A stretch of DNA of 62,640 nucleotides, filler included. It is 8 parts of 8 records of this genome, joined end to end, with 100 filler letters (N's around TTAATTAATTAA, not from the genome) between each part and the next. Parts side by side here need not be neighbours in the genome. Positions count along the whole stretch, not along the records: positions 29,451 to 42,294 come from SRR31156797_4376; 7 more parts are not named here. One strand, 5' to 3'. Positions 30,319-40,344 of the stretch are shown here, piece by piece. Position numbers and translations under genes: made by a program. The notes below the pieces were generated by a model. That model had not been told where the DNA came from, made no database searches, and was given only the letters and a program-made list of their open reading frames with translations. Positions within the stretch are counted from its first letter, which is position 1. The number at the start of each line of letters is the position of its first letter.

Positions 30319-30882
30319 ATGGATGAAGAAGTTCAATTGTTTTTAGATGATGCTAAAGAGCGCATGGAAAATGCAGTAGCACATCTTGATAAAGTTCTTG
30401 GTAAACTAAGAGCAGGAAAAGCCACCCCCAATTTACTTGCAGATGTAATGGTAGATTATTATGGATCAATGACACCATTGAGCCAGGTTTCAAATATCAG
30501 TACACCTGATGGACAAACTATTCGTGTGCAACCCTGGGAGAAAAATATGATTGAATCGATCGAAAAAGCGATAATGGTTGCAAATCTTGGATTCAATCCT
30601 ATTAACAACGGAGAAGCTGTAATTATTAATGTTCCGCCTTTAACTGAAGAGCGCCGTAAAGATCTTGTAAAACAAGTGAAATCCGAGGGAGAAGATGCTA
30701 AAGTAAGTATCCGTAATGCTCGTCGTGATGCAAATGATGGTTTAAAAGGTCTTAAGAAAGAAGGTCTTTCAGAAGATGCAGAAAAGGGAGCGCAAGATGA
30801 AGTTCAGGAATTAACAAATTCATATTCTGAGAAAGTTGAAAAACTCATAGAAGAGAAAGAAAAAGAAATAATGACCGTTTAA
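30319..30882 (+). CDS. frr: Ribosome recycling factor
   Basis: LRAGKA, VDYYG, PPLTEERRK, IRNARRDAN. Confidence 0.97.
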   Translation: MDEEVQLFLDDAKERMENAVAHLDKVLGKLRAGKATPNLLADVMVDYYGSMTPLSQVSNISTPDGQTIRVQPWEKNMIESIEKAIMVANLGFNPINNGEAVIINVPPLTEERRKDLVKQVKSEGEDAKVSIRNARRDANDGLKGLKKEGLSEDAEKGAQDEVQELTNSYSEKVEKLIEEKEKEIMTV

Positions 30883-30905
30883 GGTTTAAGATATTTATAT
30901 TTCAT

Positions 30906-30941
30906 AAGGCGAAGTGTCATATTTGATGTTTCGCCTTTTTT
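30906..30941 (+). terminator. Terminator after frr
   Basis: AAGGCGAA...TTCGCCTTTTTT stem plus U tract. Confidence 0.7.
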
Positions 30942-31935
30942 ATTTTTTATAAACTTTCATTGCCTCCGGACAGTTTATGCATATAGAATGCATTTCCTTA
31001 GAAAAGTAAATCGTCTCTAAAAATCTTTGCCTATTAACTCCCTTAACTGCAGCTAAAAAACCATCCTGAATGTTACCAAAAGAATTCTCAGCTTGTTTGT
31101 CGTGGCAACAAGGTAGTATTTCTCCATCAGAACTTACAACTACACCGCTTAAGGCTCGCAGACATTTATTTTTAGGTGCTTTGATAAGATTTCCGGAATG
31201 ATAGCGCTGATATTTTGAATCAGATGGAAGCCATTCCTCATGATTTTGATAGATCTGCATGGTTTTGAAATGTACTTTATTAGCACCAAGTTGCAGCGCA
31301 TTTTTTTTTATGCTGCCCAAATTGTTTTCATTGTGTTTGTTGACAAGAGTTTGAACAATAATCTCCGGCCATTTCCTTTTGAGATTTTGTTTTGCCTTTG
31401 AAAGCAATCTAATACTTTCCCAAACCTTTTCAGAATGTCCACCAACTCTATATTTTTCATAAATTTCCTGATCGATACCATCGGCAGATATAATAATCCT
31501 GTGAATTCCTGTTTTGATTAGATCTACAGCATTATTTTCGTTGATAAGTGTAGCGTTTGTAGAAAGGATAGTAAATAGCTTTTTCGCAGGACCCATAGCA
31601 GCGATTTCATGAAAATTGGGATGTAGCATAGATTCTCCTTGAAAATAGAGGTTGAGAACCAGGCCCTTTGGTGCAAATTCATGAACTACTTTCTTTGCTG
31701 TGGGTATTTCCATGAATTTTTTTGCGCGGTTAATTTGCCCCAGCCCAACCGGGCATTGCGGACATCTTAGGTTACAAACTGATGATAATTCGATGCTAAG
31801 ATTGTATGGAACTAGTACCCTTAATTTATTGAAAAGTTTAGCGCTAGCATGAATAAATTGCACACGAATAATATGAAGTACTCGTCTAAAGGTGAGTAAG
31901 TGAAATAAAGAGAAATATTTAAGAAAGTATCCCAT
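30940..31935 (-). CDS. Radical SAM/SPASM-like protein
   Basis: CNLRCPQC, YFQGES, STNA; C-terminal LPCCHD...CINC. Confidence 0.85.
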   Translation of the reverse strand: MGYFLKYFSLFHLLTFRRVLHIIRVQFIHASAKLFNKLRVLVPYNLSIELSSVCNLRCPQCPVGLGQINRAKKFMEIPTAKKVVHEFAPKGLVLNLYFQGESMLHPNFHEIAAMGPAKKLFTILSTNATLINENNAVDLIKTGIHRIIISADGIDQEIYEKYRVGGHSEKVWESIRLLSKAKQNLKRKWPEIIVQTLVNKHNENNLGSIKKNALQLGANKVHFKTMQIYQNHEEWLPSDSKYQRYHSGNLIKAPKNKCLRALSGVVVSSDGEILPCCHDKQAENSFGNIQDGFLAAVKGVNRQRFLETIYFSKEMHSICINCPEAMKVYKK

Positions 31936-33017
31936 TAGTGGGTATCCAAAATCTCAAATAATTCATTCAGATTTGGAGTAAGAATAATTTCTGTTCTACG
32001 ATTTTTTCTTCTTGCTTCTGGCGATTTAGAATCATCAATTGGCATATATTCTCCTCTACCAGCTGCAATTAATCGTTTGGGATCAATTTGCCCACTTTCA
32101 AGCAGAATTTTCAATATACTTGTGGCACGTTTTACACTCAGGTCCCAGTTGTCTTTCACCTGCCCGCTTCCATTGTATGGTACATCATCAGTGTGACCTT
32201 CAATCATGATATTTACATCTTTATTTGTTCCAAGAACTTCGGCCAGTTTTTGAAGCGCCTTTTTACCTTTCGGATCAACTACCCATTCACCGGACTTAAA
32301 TAGTAATTTCTCTTCAAGGGAAACGTAAACTTTTCCATTTTTCTGGGTAACAGTTAACCCCTGATTTTTAAACCCAAGCAATGCATCAAGAACTTTGTTT
32401 TTCAATGCCATTACAGCACTGTCTTTGGCTTGTAGAATTCTTTCCAGCTCCGTAATACGCTTACCTTTATCAATTAGTTTTTGTTCTTTTTCTTTAAGTG
32501 ATTGATCAAGTGCTGCCAGTATTTCATTTCTTTCATTCAATTGTGCTTGCAGCATATTTAGTTTTTCACGTTCGTTGGTTAAGCTATCTCTTAGTTCATA
32601 TAATCGATCTTCTCTTTTTTGCAAATCCTCACGTGCAACCTGCAACTCAGCCATTAACTTACGTGTTTCTTCCTGGTTACTTTTGATTAACACATCTTGT
32701 TTTTCAGCCATGTCCTTATACATGTTTTTGTATACTTTATATTGGTGCATATAATGACGAGATGTATCAATTTCCTTCGCTAGTTGTTGTCTTGTACCAG
32801 TAATTTGATTCTTGAGTAACTCTAATTCGGCTTCCATCTCCGTATTCTCAACTGTGAGATCCTCATTGATATTTTTCACAGAGTCACGATCAGAAACGGC
32901 TCTGTTATGTTTATATTGAAGCTCTTTTAATTGTTTTGCAGGAACACAGGCCTGAACAATAAATATTGAAATCGCTGCAAAAACAAATATTTTAGAGATA
33001 CTAATTAGGTTCTTCAT
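31935..33017 (-). CDS. OmpA/MotB-domain lipoprotein with a long coiled coil
   Basis: IVQAC lipobox, about 170 aa coiled coil, EGHTDD, NWDLSVKRA, KNRRTEIIL. Confidence 0.88.
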   Translation of the reverse strand: MKNLISISKIFVFAAISIFIVQACVPAKQLKELQYKHNRAVSDRDSVKNINEDLTVENTEMEAELELLKNQITGTRQQLAKEIDTSRHYMHQYKVYKNMYKDMAEKQDVLIKSNQEETRKLMAELQVAREDLQKREDRLYELRDSLTNEREKLNMLQAQLNERNEILAALDQSLKEKEQKLIDKGKRITELERILQAKDSAVMALKNKVLDALLGFKNQGLTVTQKNGKVYVSLEEKLLFKSGEWVVDPKGKKALQKLAEVLGTNKDVNIMIEGHTDDVPYNGSGQVKDNWDLSVKRATSILKILLESGQIDPKRLIAAGRGEYMPIDDSKSPEARRKNRRTEIILTPNLNELFEILDTH

Positions 33018-33214
33018 GAAAGCTATTTTAGAATGAAATTATTTTGTAATTATTTACATTGATGATATAAAGTCACGTAAAAATAGGAATTTTTTGTATT
33101 ATATCCATTGTATTTTAAACTAAGCTTTAAACAGTGTTGCTCAGACAAACAAAACGTTTAAATTTGTATGCAGATGCAACAGAAAATGTTTAGATAGCGT
33201 TGAAAATTTAAAGC

Positions 33215-34393
33215 ATGGTAGGTTCACAAAACAATCAAATATATTCTCAGAATCAAATTTTAGATCAGAATAATCAAACAATTGAAGTAGGAAGTGAGGA
33301 TTCTTTGCCTGTTTTTAGTCCATTGAAAGGCGGATTCCAACCAGCCCAAAGGCCAAATGAAAACTTTGATCAACAGTTTAGCTTGCCCTGGCCAGTGATT
33401 CCACCAAAAGCATTTGACCCACATATTTATTTACCCAAGTATACGTACCAAAGAATTGATTTTCAGTCGTTGAATATTTTTAATCCCGATGCCGGGTTTT
33501 ATAATAAAAAAAGTGAGACACAGGTCAAAATTCGAAAAGAAAAAGCAAAAATTAAAGAAAAGCCTCATTATTATAATTTAATGAAGGCCACTTACACTAA
33601 AAAAGGTAAGGAAACTGGAAATTTTGCGCAATTAAATCCTGTTCCTATTATAAAGCTCAATAAAAAAGAGGTAAGCTATACGCAAACAGTAAATAATATT
33701 ATCAGTTTCAGTCCAACCTCAAAGGGAACGTTTAAAGCAACTGATGCTATGTTAGGGTTGGTAATTGGGTTTGTTTTATTTTTCATATACCTAAGAACCG
33801 TTTTTGGAAAACAGGTACGAATATTTTACAGGTCTGCATATAATAGAGTTCGTGCGGTAAATGTATATGAAGAGAGAGGCATTATTACAGGTCGTGTATC
33901 ATTTGCACTAAATATTTTTTATTTCCTTGTACTGGGAATGTTGGGCATGCATATTATGGATCATACCGGATATGAAGTAAGAGGAGTGAATCCCATAGCG
34001 TTGTTTTTTCTGTTAACGGGACTAATATTGACAACATATATTTTAAAGTATTTATTTGGAAGATTAATTGGTCATTTAATGCAATTTAATGAGTATGCAG
34101 CAGCATTTTTCTTTCATACGTTTATTTTTAACAAAACATATGCGATTTTCATATTTCCATTTTTATTGGTTGTCCCTTATATAGATAGCAACTGGGCTTT
34201 GATGTTAATGCAGGGAGCAATTGTTTTATATGGTGTATTCTATGTTTTGCGATCTTTAAGAATTTTCATGTTATCTGTCCAAAGAAATATTTCAATATTC
34301 TATTTGTTTTTGTATCTTTGTGCCCTTGAATTTGTTCCGATTCTGGTAATTCTCAAAATTGCCACAGGGTGGTTGAAATTATCGGTTTTTTGA
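33215..34393 (+). CDS. DUF4271-type membrane protein
   Basis: Multi-TM C-terminus ending FLYLCALEFVP; sits upstream of hemD; TAAATTTG promoter at 33159-33166. Confidence 0.75.
   Translation: MVGSQNNQIYSQNQILDQNNQTIEVGSEDSLPVFSPLKGGFQPAQRPNENFDQQFSLPWPVIPPKAFDPHIYLPKYTYQRIDFQSLNIFNPDAGFYNKKSETQVKIRKEKAKIKEKPHYYNLMKATYTKKGKETGNFAQLNPVPIIKLNKKEVSYTQTVNNIISFSPTSKGTFKATDAMLGLVIGFVLFFIYLRTVFGKQVRIFYRSAYNRVRAVNVYEERGIITGRVSFALNIFYFLVLGMLGMHIMDHTGYEVRGVNPIALFFLLTGLILTTYILKYLFGRLIGHLMQFNEYAAAFFFHTFIFNKTYAIFIFPFLLVVPYIDSNWALMLMQGAIVLYGVFYVLRSLRIFMLSVQRNISIFYLFLYLCALEFVPILVILKIATGWLKLSVF
34313..34320 (+). promoter_or_regulatory. Putative internal Bacteroidota -7 element for hemD
   Basis: TATCTTTG within the YLC codons of the upstream gene, about 97 nt before the hemD TTG. 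Confidence 0.5.
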
Positions 34394-34416
34394 GTGTACA
34401 CAAAAACATTGGAGAT

Positions 34417-35172
34417 TTGAAAATTAAAAAGATCTTAGTATCACAGCCGAAGCCTGAGAATGATAAGTCGCCGTATTTTGATTTAGCTGAGAAACATAAG
34501 CTAACGATTGACTTCAGGCCTTTTATCGAGGTGAAAGGAATTCCTGCAAGGGATTTTCGACAAACCAAAGTGAACATACTTGATCACACTGCTGTAATTT
34601 TTACCAGTAGAACAGCTATTGATCATTTTTTCCGCATCGCAGAAGAAATGCGAATTACGATCCCCGATGACATGAAATATTTTTGTATTTCAGAAGCTAC
34701 AGCTTTTTATTTGCAAAAGTATATCGTGTATCGTAAGAGAAAAATATCATATGGAAACGGCCGATTTGATGATTTAATGAAATTGATTATTAAAAACAAT
34801 AAGGAAAATTTCCTTATTCCGCTTTCAGATATTCATAAAGCAGAAATACCTGCAAAACTAAAGAAAAACAAAATTAAGTTTACTAAAGCCATTCTTTATC
34901 GTACAGTTGCTGCTGACTTGAGTGATTTGTCTGATGTAAACTATGATGTTTTAGTATTTTTTAGTCCTTCCGGAATTGCTTCATTATTTGAAAACTTCCC
35001 GGACTTTAAACAAAACGAAACTAAAATAGCTGCTTTTGGACCTTCTACTTCAAAAGCTGTCGAAGATGCAGGGTTGGATCTTAATATAAAAGCACCTCAG
35101 CCAAAAGCACCATCTATGACAATGGCTTTGGATCATTTTATTAAGGATTTTAATAAAAATGGAACCAAATAA
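34417..35172 (+). CDS. hemD: Uroporphyrinogen-III synthase
   Basis: KILVSQPKPE, IFTSRTAIDHFF, FFSPSG; TTG start chosen. Confidence 0.85.
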   Translation: MKIKKILVSQPKPENDKSPYFDLAEKHKLTIDFRPFIEVKGIPARDFRQTKVNILDHTAVIFTSRTAIDHFFRIAEEMRITIPDDMKYFCISEATAFYLQKYIVYRKRKISYGNGRFDDLMKLIIKNNKENFLIPLSDIHKAEIPAKLKKNKIKFTKAILYRTVAADLSDLSDVNYDVLVFFSPSGIASLFENFPDFKQNETKIAAFGPSTSKAVEDAGLDLNIKAPQPKAPSMTMALDHFIKDFNKNGTK

Positions 35173-35193
35173 AGGAAACTGATATAACATGCT

Positions 35194-35225
35194 AAGCCAT
35201 ATCTAATTCTGATATGGCTTTTTTT
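35194..35225 (+). terminator. Terminator after hemD, abutting the next promoter (TAACTTTG 35227-35234)
   Basis: AAGCCATATC...GATATGGCTTTTTTT. Confidence 0.75.
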
Positions 35226-35239
35226 GTAACTTTGAGCAA

Positions 35240-35677
35240 ATGTCTGCCTTGCAAAGCAATAATAAAAATAGAACCCGGGCTACTTTTAAGCCAAATGAAA
35301 GATTGAAATCAAAGAAAAAAATTGATTTACTATTTAAATCAGGGAAAGCATTGAATAATTTCCCTGTTCAGGTAATTTATTTTATAGAAAATGAGGTGGA
35401 AAATTCAGAGTTGCAAGCTGCTTTTTCTGTGCCTAAAAGAAACTTTAAACTGGCCGTGGATAGAAATAAGATCAAGCGGCAAATGAAAGAAAGTTATAGA
35501 AAAGTTAAAGTTGACCTGAAAAAAGACGTACAAAGCAAAAAAATGAGTTTATTTCTTATGTGGGTGTATAAGGCTAATAAAAAACCTGAATATGCTGATA
35601 TTGAACACAAAATAAATAATACTGTTAATCAATTACAGAACATAATAAATGAAACAAAAGATTCGAAAAACCTTTAA
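35240..35677 (+). CDS. rnpA: Ribonuclease P protein component
   Basis: ERLKSKKKIDLLF and SVPKRNFKLAVDRNKIKR (RNR-like motif). Confidence 0.9.
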   Translation: MSALQSNNKNRTRATFKPNERLKSKKKIDLLFKSGKALNNFPVQVIYFIENEVENSELQAAFSVPKRNFKLAVDRNKIKRQMKESYRKVKVDLKKDVQSKKMSLFLMWVYKANKKPEYADIEHKINNTVNQLQNIINETKDSKNL

Positions 35678-35687
35678 GCCAAATATT

Positions 35688-37349
35688 ATGAAGAAAAAAC
35701 TACTTTGGATAGTTCCAATGTTTGCCTTACTTGGAGTGGGACTGCTCACAACAGGATATAGGGATAATAGTTTTGAGATTGTAAAAAACCTGGATATTTA
35801 CACTTCATTATTCAAAGAACTGAATACATACTACGTAGATGAGGTTGATCCTGGTAAAATAATTAAAACCAGTATCGATGAGATGTTGAAATCTCTTGAT
35901 CCCTATACTAATTACATTCCTGAGTCTGATATCGAGGATTATAGATTTATGACTACCGGTAATTATGGTGGAATAGGTGCATTGATCAGGAAAGCTGATG
36001 ATCGGGTTCTGGTGGCTGATCCTTATGAGGGATTCCCTGCTCAGAAAGCTGGTTTAAGAGCCGGTGATATATTACTTCAAATAGATGATTTTGACACAAA
36101 AGACAAACCAATTGAAGCCGTTAGCGAGAAGCTAAAGGGACAGCCGGGAACAAAAATCAAGGTCAAAGTTAAACGTCCTGGTAATGAAGAACCATTTGAA
36201 AAGGAAATTGTAAGAAGCAAGATTCATATGCCTGCAGTCCCTTATTATGGAATGATGGAAAATAAAACAGGATATATCCATGTTTCTAACTTTACCCATG
36301 AGGTGTCCAAAGAAGTGAAAGATGCAGTGTTGGATTTAAAAAGTCAGGGTGTTGAAAAACTGATTTTAGACTTACGTGGAAACCCCGGTGGATTGTTAAA
36401 TGAGGCAGTAGAAATGTCAAACTTTTTTGTCCCCAAAGGGGAGCTTATTGTTTTTACAAAAGGTAAAGTAAAAGATTGGAATCAAGAGTATTATGCTCAG
36501 AAAGAGCCGCTTGTGCCTGATATGCCAATGGTTGTTCTAGTAAATAGTGGTTCAGCATCTGCCAGTGAAATTGTTTCTGGTGCTATTCAGGATTTGGATA
36601 GAGGAGTTGTTATTGGTAGCCGCACATTTGGAAAGGGATTAGTACAAACAACAAGGCCATTGAGCTATAATGCAAGACTAAAACTTACAACCGCAAAATA
36701 TTATATTCCCAGTGGACGCTGTATTCAGGCATTGGACTATTCAAACCGAAAAGAAGACGGTAGCGTAGGTAAAGTTCCGGATTCGCTAATTACAAGTTAT
36801 AAAACTAAAAACGGGCGAATTGTATATGATGGTGGTGGAGTTATGCCGGATGTGAAGGTTGACAATGGGACATTAAGTAAAATAGCTGTTAGTTTGATTA
36901 GAAAACAGCTCATCTTTGATTTTGCAACCCAGTATGTTGCCAGGAATGATACAATAGATAATCCGGCAAATTATGAGATCAGCGATGATGTATTCGAGGA
37001 ATTTAAGTTGTTTATTGCCGATAAAGAATATGATTATCAGCTTCGAAGCGAGAAAGAACTTGATGAGTTTGAAAAGACTTTAGACAAAGAAAAATATTTA
37101 AAAATTGTCAAGGACGAAATTGCAAGTTTGAGGGAAAAATTGAAGCATGATAAAGAGAAAGACTTAAATACTTTCCAAAGTGAAATACGCGAATTGATAA
37201 GTGAAGAAATTAGCAGTCGCTATTATTATCAAAAAGGACGTATTCAAACTGCTTTACACTACGATCCTATTTTAGATACTGCTTTGAATGTATTAAATGA
37301 TACAACCAGATATAAGGAGATTTTAACCGCAGTGAAAGATCAGGAATAA
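35688..37349 (+). CDS. S41 C-terminal processing peptidase
   Basis: LDPYT, PDZ domain, DLRGNPGGLL, SASASEI, TFGKG. Confidence 0.93.
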   Translation: MKKKLLWIVPMFALLGVGLLTTGYRDNSFEIVKNLDIYTSLFKELNTYYVDEVDPGKIIKTSIDEMLKSLDPYTNYIPESDIEDYRFMTTGNYGGIGALIRKADDRVLVADPYEGFPAQKAGLRAGDILLQIDDFDTKDKPIEAVSEKLKGQPGTKIKVKVKRPGNEEPFEKEIVRSKIHMPAVPYYGMMENKTGYIHVSNFTHEVSKEVKDAVLDLKSQGVEKLILDLRGNPGGLLNEAVEMSNFFVPKGELIVFTKGKVKDWNQEYYAQKEPLVPDMPMVVLVNSGSASASEIVSGAIQDLDRGVVIGSRTFGKGLVQTTRPLSYNARLKLTTAKYYIPSGRCIQALDYSNRKEDGSVGKVPDSLITSYKTKNGRIVYDGGGVMPDVKVDNGTLSKIAVSLIRKQLIFDFATQYVARNDTIDNPANYEISDDVFEEFKLFIADKEYDYQLRSEKELDEFEKTLDKEKYLKIVKDEIASLREKLKHDKEKDLNTFQSEIRELISEEISSRYYYQKGRIQTALHYDPILDTALNVLNDTTRYKEILTAVKDQE

Positions 37350-37370
37350 ACTGTAGCAAAATAAAATTAC

Positions 37371-37405
37371 AAGCCGAAATAGCATTTTTGTTATTTCGGC
37401 TTTTT
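37371..37405 (+). terminator. Terminator after the S41 peptidase
   Basis: AAGCCGAAATAGC...GTTATTTCGGCTTTTT. Confidence 0.75.
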
Positions 37406-37613
37406 CATGAGCGAAGATTTAAGCAGTTGTTAATAAGTCTGGCTTGTCGCATCTATTTTCAGTATTTTTCATTAAAAGATGTTTTTGTAATCATTTAATA
37501 ATGAGATTTTATCATCTATTTGGCCTCTTTTGTCATTTTTATGGCGAAGGCTATTGAGTTATTAACAATTTAGTGTATATTCGTATTGTATAAGTACTCC
37601 AAATTTTTTTATT

Positions 37614-38345
37614 ATGCCATATAGAAGGTTACCAAACACCGACACTGCCCGCATCAGAGCCATGAGAAGTGCAATTGAATTGGGCACAAAGAAATCTCCT
37701 GCAGAATTAGCATTTTCACAATCTATTTTGATGAAAACACGTACATTTCTACCGGTATTTGAGCAAGCAGTTAGTAGCCAGCGTAATTATCAAAAATCGC
37801 AGGTTGAGCGTAATAAAAAGTATCAGGATGTAATGAAGAAAACCAGGCTATATCTTTCACATTTTGTGCAAGTAATGAATATGGCTGTGATGCGTGGTGA
37901 AGCAAAACCGGAAATTCGTGAGTATTATGGTTTGAAAGTATCTGATAAGAAAGTTCCGGAACTCAATACGGAAAAAGATATTATTGTTTGGGGTAAAAAA
38001 ATTATTGAGGGAGAAGAATCACGATTAGCAACCGGTGCCAGTCCAATTACCAATCCAACTATTGCAAGAGTAAAAGTACATTTCCAGGATTTTTCTCGCG
38101 CTTATCAGGATCAGCAACATCATTTTGATATTTATCAAAAAGCTCAACATAAAGTGGCAGAACAAAGGGAAGAAGCTGATGAAATAATTCTTGAACTTTG
38201 GAACCAAATTGAAAAGTATTTTGAAGCCCTTGATCCTGACGAAGCCAGGGAGCAAGCTTCAGTTTACGGAGTTAAATATGTGTATCGTAAAAACGAAAAA
38301 ATGCGTCCATTTCTTAATGTGAACTACGGACGGCAGATTTCCTGA
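37614..38345 (+). CDS. Hypothetical alpha-helical protein (MPYRRLPNTD N-terminus)
   Basis: 243 aa ORF with host-like codon usage and its own promoter-like TATATTCG upstream. Confidence 0.8.
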   Translation: MPYRRLPNTDTARIRAMRSAIELGTKKSPAELAFSQSILMKTRTFLPVFEQAVSSQRNYQKSQVERNKKYQDVMKKTRLYLSHFVQVMNMAVMRGEAKPEIREYYGLKVSDKKVPELNTEKDIIVWGKKIIEGEESRLATGASPITNPTIARVKVHFQDFSRAYQDQQHHFDIYQKAQHKVAEQREEADEIILELWNQIEKYFEALDPDEAREQASVYGVKYVYRKNEKMRPFLNVNYGRQIS

Positions 38346-39240
38346 AATAATAGAATATAAGTATTACAATTAATAAGCTTCCTAGTGTGAATGCCTGCAT
38401 ACCTGGTGTCGTGCCCACAGATTCAAGTGAGTTTTCTATTTCTTCAGCCGATAACCAATACCATGCAAGTACACTCATTGCATTATTAAAAAAGTGCAGT
38501 AAAATTGGCACCCATAGGTTTTTACTCCAATAAAATACTAACCCCAGCATTATTCCTAGGATAAACCGAGGTAGAAAAGTGAAAAATTGTAAGTGCATTG
38601 CACTAAAAATAAGCGCTGCAACAATTATAGATAAAATTGGCTTGCCACTTACACGGATTATCTCTTTTTGAATAACACCACGAAAAAGTACTTCCTCAGA
38701 AATGGCAGGCAATACTGCAATTACAAGAAGGTTAGCAATTAGAACTCCAAAAGAATCAGTTTTCAATAGCTTCTCCATAAACTGAACAGCATTTTCTTCA
38801 GTATTTCTGAGAGATTGTTCCAGTTCTTGCATCCATGAAGGGAATTCCATACTTTCATTCAATGCAGCTAAAGCATTAATTAATGGTACAGCAGCTATAA
38901 TTAAAACAAGCATTAATAAAATATTGCTTATTTTAATAGAAGACTTTATATCTAATGATTTCGTAATGGGTTTATCATAAATATATGCCCAAACAAGTCC
39001 TGGAACTAAAAACATTCCAATAGAAGTTGCTCCCTGGAAAAACCTCAGTATGGGTATCATATCAGGATTGGTTGTTTGAGATAAAAGCTCAGGATTTTGA
39101 AAGAAATCGTAATTCCAAAATATTAGCGTATATACGTTAGCAATGAGTAAAAAAATGATATTGCCGGCAAACATCAAGGCAAGTAAAATGACAAACCTTA
39201 TTGCAAATTGCTTGATTGTGAGCCCATTTGTTAAATCCAT
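38314..39240 (-). CDS. CPBP/Abi (CAAX-like) intramembrane metalloprotease
   Basis: EEVLFRG, FSAMH and HFFNN motifs. Confidence 0.9.
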   Translation of the reverse strand: MDLTNGLTIKQFAIRFVILLALMFAGNIIFLLIANVYTLIFWNYDFFQNPELLSQTTNPDMIPILRFFQGATSIGMFLVPGLVWAYIYDKPITKSLDIKSSIKISNILLMLVLIIAAVPLINALAALNESMEFPSWMQELEQSLRNTEENAVQFMEKLLKTDSFGVLIANLLVIAVLPAISEEVLFRGVIQKEIIRVSGKPILSIIVAALIFSAMHLQFFTFLPRFILGIMLGLVFYWSKNLWVPILLHFFNNAMSVLAWYWLSAEEIENSLESVGTTPGMQAFTLGSLLIVILIFYYFRKSAVRSSH

Positions 39241-39296
39241 AGAGTTTTGCACCTTTTTTGTACTTTTGTTGGCTACAAAAATATCATTTTTTTATT

Positions 39297-40334
39297 GTGA
39301 TTAAGATTGGCAACATCGAATTAAGGGATTATCCTGTGTTTTTTGCACCCATGGAGGATGTAAGTGATCCACCATTTCGTTATATGTGTAAAGAATTTGG
39401 GGCAGATTTAATGTATACTGAGTTTATAGCAGCTGAGGGACTAATCCGTGATGCAAAAAAAAGCCTCAAGAAACTGGATATCTACGAATATGAGCGACCT
39501 ATTGCCATTCAAATATTTGGACATAATATTGATTCAATGGTTGAGGCGGCAAAAGTCGTAGCAGAAATTAAACCGGATATTATTGACCTCAATTTTGGGT
39601 GTCCTGTAAAAAAAGTGGCCGGAAAAGGTGCCGGTGCAGGGATGTTACGCGAACCTGAAAAAATGGTAGAGATGACTGCGGCCATTGTAAAAGCCGTTAA
39701 TATTCCCGTAACGGTTAAAACCCGTTTGGGTTGGGATGAGGATTCAAAAATAATTACAGATTTAGCTGAACCATTGCAGGACACAGGTATAGCCGCGCTT
39801 ACGATCCATGGCAGAACACGCTCACAGTTTTACCGTGGAGAGGCTGATTGGACTTTAATTGGAGAGGTAAAGAAAAATCCGCGAATGCATATTCCTATTA
39901 TTGGCAATGGAGATATTACCGATCCCATTATTGCAAAGCAACGTTTTGATGACTATGGTGTGGATGCCATTATGATTGGACGTGCTGTGATTGGTCGCCC
40001 ATGGATTTTTAAAGAGGTAAGACATTACCTGGACCATGGTGAATTGATGAAGCCATTGACCATTGATGAACGTGTTGATATGGCTAAACTTCATTTGGAG
40101 AAATCAATTGAATGGAAAGGTGATGTGTATGGCGTATTGGAAATGCGCCAGCATTTAAGCAACTATTTCAAAGGGTTACCGAACTTTAAACCGCGAAGAT
40201 TAAAGATGCTAACTACTCCGGAGGCAGAAAATGTAATAGCTCAGCTGGAAGAGATTAGAACTGTTTACGCCGATTTTGAATTCGACAATAAAGAACTACT
40301 CGATAATCATTGTTCGAAACTGGAGAATATGTAA
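39297..40334 (+). CDS. dusB: tRNA-dihydrouridine synthase B
   Basis: APMEDV, DLNFGCP, IHGRT, GNGDI; TACTTTTG promoter at 39261-39268; GTG start. Confidence 0.92.
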   Translation: MIKIGNIELRDYPVFFAPMEDVSDPPFRYMCKEFGADLMYTEFIAAEGLIRDAKKSLKKLDIYEYERPIAIQIFGHNIDSMVEAAKVVAEIKPDIIDLNFGCPVKKVAGKGAGAGMLREPEKMVEMTAAIVKAVNIPVTVKTRLGWDEDSKIITDLAEPLQDTGIAALTIHGRTRSQFYRGEADWTLIGEVKKNPRMHIPIIGNGDITDPIIAKQRFDDYGVDAIMIGRAVIGRPWIFKEVRHYLDHGELMKPLTIDERVDMAKLHLEKSIEWKGDVYGVLEMRQHLSNYFKGLPNFKPRRLKMLTTPEAENVIAQLEEIRTVYADFEFDNKELLDNHCSKLENM

Positions 40335-40344
40335 TCTTTTCTTT

